Shown here: positions 57,356 to 64,000 of the stretch, piece after piece
Layout of the letters: each line of letters begins with the position of its first letter
Numbering within the stretch: the stretch's first letter is position 1
Assembly (NCBI RefSeq): GCF_009914755.1
Contig: NC_060928.1
Direction: 5' to 3' (one strand)
Length of the DNA: 64,000 nt
Source of the DNA: the human T2T-CHM13v2.0 reference genome, Homo sapiens
The notes under the pieces: generated by a model
Told to the model about the DNA's origin: nothing
Seen by the model: only the letters and a program-made list of their open reading frames with translations
Databases searched by the model: none
Made by a program: the position numbers and the translations under genes

Positions 57356-59179
57356 TGAAATCCATTGCTCAAGACCCAAAAGGGAATACAGCCAGCAGAA
57401 TCCCATGCATTTTTTCAATAACAATGGATTTAACTGTCTTCATTAGTCTAAGTACACACCCACTCATGCATTTGTGAATTATATTTATTTCAGAATGCAA
57501 AATAGGTGTCTGTTCTTTCTCAATGCTATGACAAGTCACCGCACTAAGGTTTTAATTTTGGGGGAAGATCACATGTGGCATCATAAAGCCAGTTTTGAAG
57601 CTTAATTCTTTCCATATTAAGTAGTTGAACGAAGAGTTTCATTTAATAGTATTTTAGTACCTTAAAGTCAAATGATTTCAGTCATTGAACTCAGCATGTT
57701 GAACTGCCCTTTCAATTCTCTACAGGAAGTTATTTACCTATTTATTGAATAACAAGTAGAGTTTAGAGAAGGGTATGAGAAATTAAGTAACATTAACAAA
57801 ACAGAACAAGCCCCCAAAATTCTTCTGTTAAAACATTATTATTTAGTGATAAAATAAAAATTGAAAATGAACAATAAAATCTAAACACAATATGAAAACT
57901 TCCCCCTTTATCATATATGTTAATAAAAGTATTGCAATTTTAATTTTATTCCAAATTTACTTTTCACGTTCTTTTCTTTGCGGATAATCTTGAATGATTA
58001 TTATTGCTGTTATTATTTTGGGGTGGGAATCAGGTTCTCTCTGGTGGGGCAGGACATCACTTCCCTTTGATTCCACCTGGAGGGCATGCCATAGTCTGGG
58101 CCCAGCTGAGGTATGGGCCCTGGGTGCTAATGTGGATAGATGATATCTATACTTAATTGTTTTATAGTCAGTGAGAAGAGGCTGAATCATGCTTGAGAAG
58201 GAAACAAAAGTTTGAAGCAGCAGCAAGATTTGATGGAAAACTAAAGGGAGATATGATTCAGGAGGTCAGAGAGGAGGGTGATTTGAAAAGGACTGAAGGA
58301 AGAATAGAATCCATCAAAGGGTGGTTCAGAACTCAAGCCAGGGATCTGTGGCAGGCCTCAGTGATGTGGAGGAGAGCCTGGGTGCTGTAAACAGAGGCTC
58401 GGGACTCAGCCACCTGCAGGTTTGAAGGAGTTCTGCCCCCAGATAGTTTCCTGCCAGGGTGACCAACTGCCCTAAAATGACAGAATGTAATAGCAATTTA
58501 AGATCCCATTGCACATCAAACACAGACCCCAGTTTATTAAACAAGGGAATGCAATTTAAATTTGTGAAGACCAGTCATATTATTATTCCCGTTTTTCAGA
58601 GTTAATTATAATTGTGCCATTATTATTAGTGTGATTAATATAAATAAAAATAACATTTTAAATAAACACAATAACATATAAATATATACCAAATGTAAAT
58701 ATAATATTTTTTTTCCTTCCAGTTACAGTATGTTAAATAAATATCCTAAGAGTAACAAAAACATTTTCTGGGCACTACCATGATGGGATACATGGGGTGC
58801 GCAGTATTGATGTTGGGTAGAAAGCTTGGAATTTCCTTCTGCAACAAATGGAAGTGGCTTTGAGCCTTTCAAATAGAGAAAAAATAAAGCATAAGAGGGA
58901 AGGCCTAGAACATTCTAGCTAGGAATAACTGAGTGAAGGGTTGGAGGTAGGAGCATACTCTTACAAGTCTCTACTCCAAGGGAGGAAGAGGAGGACGAGG
59001 AAGGACTAACCAGCAAGGATGCCTGGTTTGGTTGACTCCCATCCAGCTTCTCAACTGCAGTCACTTAGTGTCTCCTCACCCGGACCTCGGATGTTTAGCC
59101 CAACCCAGGTCCTGGCACTGTTCTAGTTTCCAGAATTCAGGGAATTTATTAGCATTTGACCAAAATAAATCGGTTGTGA

Positions 59180-59690
<511 letters not shown>

Positions 59691-60101
59691 TAGATGACTA
59701 TTTTATAGGCGGAGATGATAACCACAGAATGTTGGCTGAATATTGAGGGCACTTTGATCCAGATACAAGAAAGAAGCTTGTGGAACTTACTGAGTCATCT
59801 CCTGCTAGAATAGTTCAGAAGTTTCAGCAATCCCATATATTATACAGTGTATAACAAAGACAAGGCTTAAAATAAAGGATTCACGTTAGAATTCTTCTTA
59901 ACCAAAAACAACTCCACACAATTGCAACAATTATAGCTGGAAAAATAACTCCCAATGTTCACTATCCTAACACATCAAATTTCTTCATTTCTCTATTCTC
60001 TTTTTTTAGTTTATACCCATACAAATATATCATTTTCACTTAGCTATAACCAAAGCAGAGATTCAAATTAGTATACCAGATCTACTCTAAAGAGAAAATA
60101 C

Positions 60102-60529
<428 letters not shown>

Positions 60530-63500
60530 TTACAATTTTTTAAAGTGAACTGAACTTCCTCTGTGAGAAAAAGATTATCTCACCACCGCTGGAAGATCCT
60601 TGAAGAGGGTGAGACACTTTGCTGTATGAATTGCGAACATATTCTCAATGTTGCCTGCTGCTTTGATCCCAGACGTGACCCAGACCCATGTTAAAACCAA
60701 CTCCTTACAGGTTTATTCATCACCCCACTTTCCTTCCAGTTACGGCTTTGCGAGTCTAGGAAACAGGCTCTCAGTAAAGGAAACACAGCGGCCATCAACG
60801 CAGTCTAGCTGTGCGGAAGGAGCGCTCAGCCCCGGCGAGAGGTGTGGCTGCTGCCGCCCCTTTTCGGGGGACTCCTCCATGACGTTGCGTTATTTGAATT
60901 TGATGTTCAGATAACACAAGTTTTAAAGATACATGTAAAAATTGTTCTACAATATGGAAGAAACGTGATTTTGGTGGTAGAAGATGACAGCCTGGGGGAT
61001 ATGCGGTGGGACTAGTTGGAGGCAAAGCTGCACATTTGGCAAAACTTGTCTTAGAATCACCTTGCCCCTTCTTCTCCTTCTCATCCTCACAGACACTCTG
61101 TATTCCCCAACTAGACCGAGAGCTCTTGATGAGTTAATTAACGCCGAGGTTTTAGTGGCTCCATTCCCAGCCCTTCGGGAAGGGTATAAATTTCAGAAGG
61201 AAAACCTCAGGGTACAATATTTAACCCACGTCAGTGGTTCTCTAAGAGCGGAATTTCAAGTGCCGCATTCCTGGAAGGGGAGGAATTTGCTGGATTAAAG
61301 GCTTCCTGGCCTGCAATTATATTATATGAGAGCATACCTACTCAATACGTATAAAGACACCTTGAAAAAATATTCAAGATGTACGAAAAGGAAATTGGGG
61401 AGATAACTGCAAGACTTAGAGAAGAATGAGGGACAGGAAATTGCATATCAGCTTTATTGAAAGAAAGGGTATTTGTTGTGTCCGCTGTGGGAATGCTCTA
61501 TGCCTATCGCCTCTTCTCAAGCACGACACAGTAAATTCAGTGATAATCAAGATCCATCAAGGCAAATATTTCCCTCCAGGGATTTAGTAAGCAATTAAGC
61601 AAAATCACTGCTTTGAGCACTTATGTAATATTAGCGATTTCTTGGTCCTCTTGACATTATATTCGTCTTTAGCAATTGGTTCAGCAGGTCTCCTAAATCT
61701 CTTCTCTCATGGAGCATTCAAAATTCTGTCCTAGTAGCTAACGCTAAAATTAGGTGACATCATTGGCAATACTCCCTGGACCCCCAGACTCTGCTGAGGT
61801 ATAGAAACATGGCCAGGTTGGTCCTTAGTCTGGGGTCTTTGGGTCATGGGATATGTTTAGGGATAGTGTGATTTTTGACACAGAAAGAAAGAAAAATCTG
61901 CAGTTGATTTTTCAATCGCAAGGTAGCTGCTAAAATAGTGCATGTCTACCTGAATAAAATTTAAAGATATACTGAAAGAAAAATAATAAAATAGTAATAT
62001 TTAGTTAATTTTATATATTCATTTCCCAATCTACTTTCATTGGAATTACATATAAACATAAATAAATTCCTTAAGCCAATATTCGAAGGTTCTATTCATT
62101 TTCTTTTCTAAGAAATGTATTGACATAAATAAAACTGTGCTATTTAGAAAAAGTACTTATGGATTCAATTGATTTGGCTCTATTCTTCCCACCAGTTTTT
62201 TTTTTAAGAAGGCAGCTCATTTATGTGGTGATGTAGCAGTTCGTGTCACAAGCAAATTAAAATAAAAAATGTCCACTTCTAGAAATTTTTCTTTTATGGT
62301 CTGAGTCAGCCATAACCACAGAGGATCCATCTTGTGCAATACTGTTTTAAAAATTCATTCAATTATATTTGGCCAAATACAAAATATTAACTTGAGTTAC
62401 ATTGAGTATTTAATAGTTAGCAAAACTTATATCCATTGATATCGAATGCTCTCTGCCAAACATGTATGGTCTTGTTTTCATTTGCCCTCCAAGGTTAAAT
62501 GCTTTGTTCTAATAAAGTGTTCAAACACAGAATAAATCAGGTATTAGCTGTCAGTTAAATTAGTGGCAAAATTGACAAGCAGTAATTCTTGACCAGAGTT
62601 TGTATTTGTTCATCACTGGTTCAAATGTTTTTTATTTCTTTCTATATTCTGCACTTATATTCTTGCCCAAAGACATTTTCCTCTCTTGGAAAATCATAAT
62701 TAGTTTATTTATTTTCAAAGGTTAGAAACCCACAGAATCATGATTAATGATGTGGAAATTAAATACATACAGGTACTGTTGCCTTTTGCAAGACACTTCA
62801 TGGTTAATGAGTGCTGGTTTGTATTCTCTTCATTCAGACAGTAAAGTCAGCTTTAAATGCGTCAGTGTGGCGAGTTGATGACAATTGCTGAGCTGAGTGA
62901 GAGGCATGGTTTGGAAATTCTCTTTGTTCTTTGCGGCTCTGTCCTGTGACACTGCCATTATCCTTTCGAGTGGAGGCTGGGATAATGGGCCTTAGAGAGG
63001 GTGACCTGGTATAGCTTGACCTGCACAAATGTGTTTGTCTTTATTCACTTGGGCCCTTTGACATGCTCTTCTAGATATTATGATGTTGGTGTTATATTGG
63101 AATGGAAGGATTTGATTACTCAGGGATCAATAGCTACTCTGGACATTTTTTGAAACACGTTGAGCATGACAAACTTGCCATTTTTGCCTTCCTCCATTTT
63201 TAGACACATGACTCTATTAAGGGAAATTTAATCCGTATGTTTCTGATTCCCTTACACTTAACTCATCAAAATGTTGTTTTGTAAGAACACTTTGAAGTCA
63301 GGGAAGCCTTTTAAGTCATTTTTTATGAGACTTTTTCAAGCCTCTTTTCTTAGGAACAGGAAGTGGCATTTAGCCAACAGTTAACAAACTCAAACACCAA
63401 AAGGTTGAAGTTGGGTTTGAATCTCTGAACCCATAAGTGTTTGAATGGACTCTTGACATGAGCCATCCTACTGTGTATTAGTGCCAACGGCCATCAGAAC

Positions 63501-64000
63501 CGTCTTGATTGCTGAGATGACTCCAGGACCCCAACCAACCGCCAACTTGTGTTTCCCTAATCAGTCTACTTCATGCTGAATTATGACTCATTTAACTTTA
63601 AAGGAACTACTTTATTACCCATTCTGCTGAGCATTTTTGTGACTTCTGTGAGAGCTATTGAATTTGGCACTGTCCCACAGCTAGCTAGATATAACTTTTG
63701 AATCCAGTCACCAGTAAAATCACACAAGAGTTCAAGTTCACAGGACAAGTGAGTGTTGATTGACCATGAAGGCTTCTACCCACAAAGACACAGAAATTAT
63801 TTCAGCGACTCAGTTTCCTAGTGGAGAAGATAACATGGACGTTTTAGAAAATAAAATGCATGTTAAAATAACAAATGAGGCATCTGGCTTCAGAAGTTTT
63901 CGTTTGATTTATACTCAACAGTTGTTGTAAGTAAAAACTAAGCTCCATTTCCCAGGAAATTTATAGCTTAGACAAGCACCAGCGTTGTCACGGTGGTTCC

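Overview
Primate, almost certainly human or hominoid, non-coding genomic DNA. It is repeat-rich, with about 19 Alu copies or fragments, L1/L2/MIR remnants, several solo LTRs and MER1A, MADE1 and Tigger2a DNA-transposon fossils. I find no intact protein-coding gene, tRNA, rRNA or CRISPR array. The long ORFs in the track come from TG/TA repeats, Alus, LTR12 or L1. The one recognisable gene-derived feature is a full-length, disabled processed pseudogene of MRPS36 (KGD4) at about 31188-31629 (+), with a polyA signal and target-site duplication (TSD); it shares its insertion site with an AluJ, leaving three copies of the target. The main regulatory candidate is a CpG-rich block at 19.7-22.1 kb: a perfect 20-bp VNTR, unique CpG-island-like DNA, a solo LTR12C with an intact NF-Y/GATA/TATA-like promoter, then splice donors and MADE1 (miR-548-type) hairpins. 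Structure not explained by repeat families includes a 163-bp inverted duplication (39332-39494 / 42054-42526), a ~100-bp direct duplication embedded in an AT-rich tract (56344-56443 / 58170-58268), a fold-back palindrome cluster, and three Alus with altered arm number, one a mosaic AluY/Ya5 trimer. Repeat family names come from my recollection of consensus sequences, not from a database run. Nothing here proves a new biological system; the hypotheses are marked as inference.
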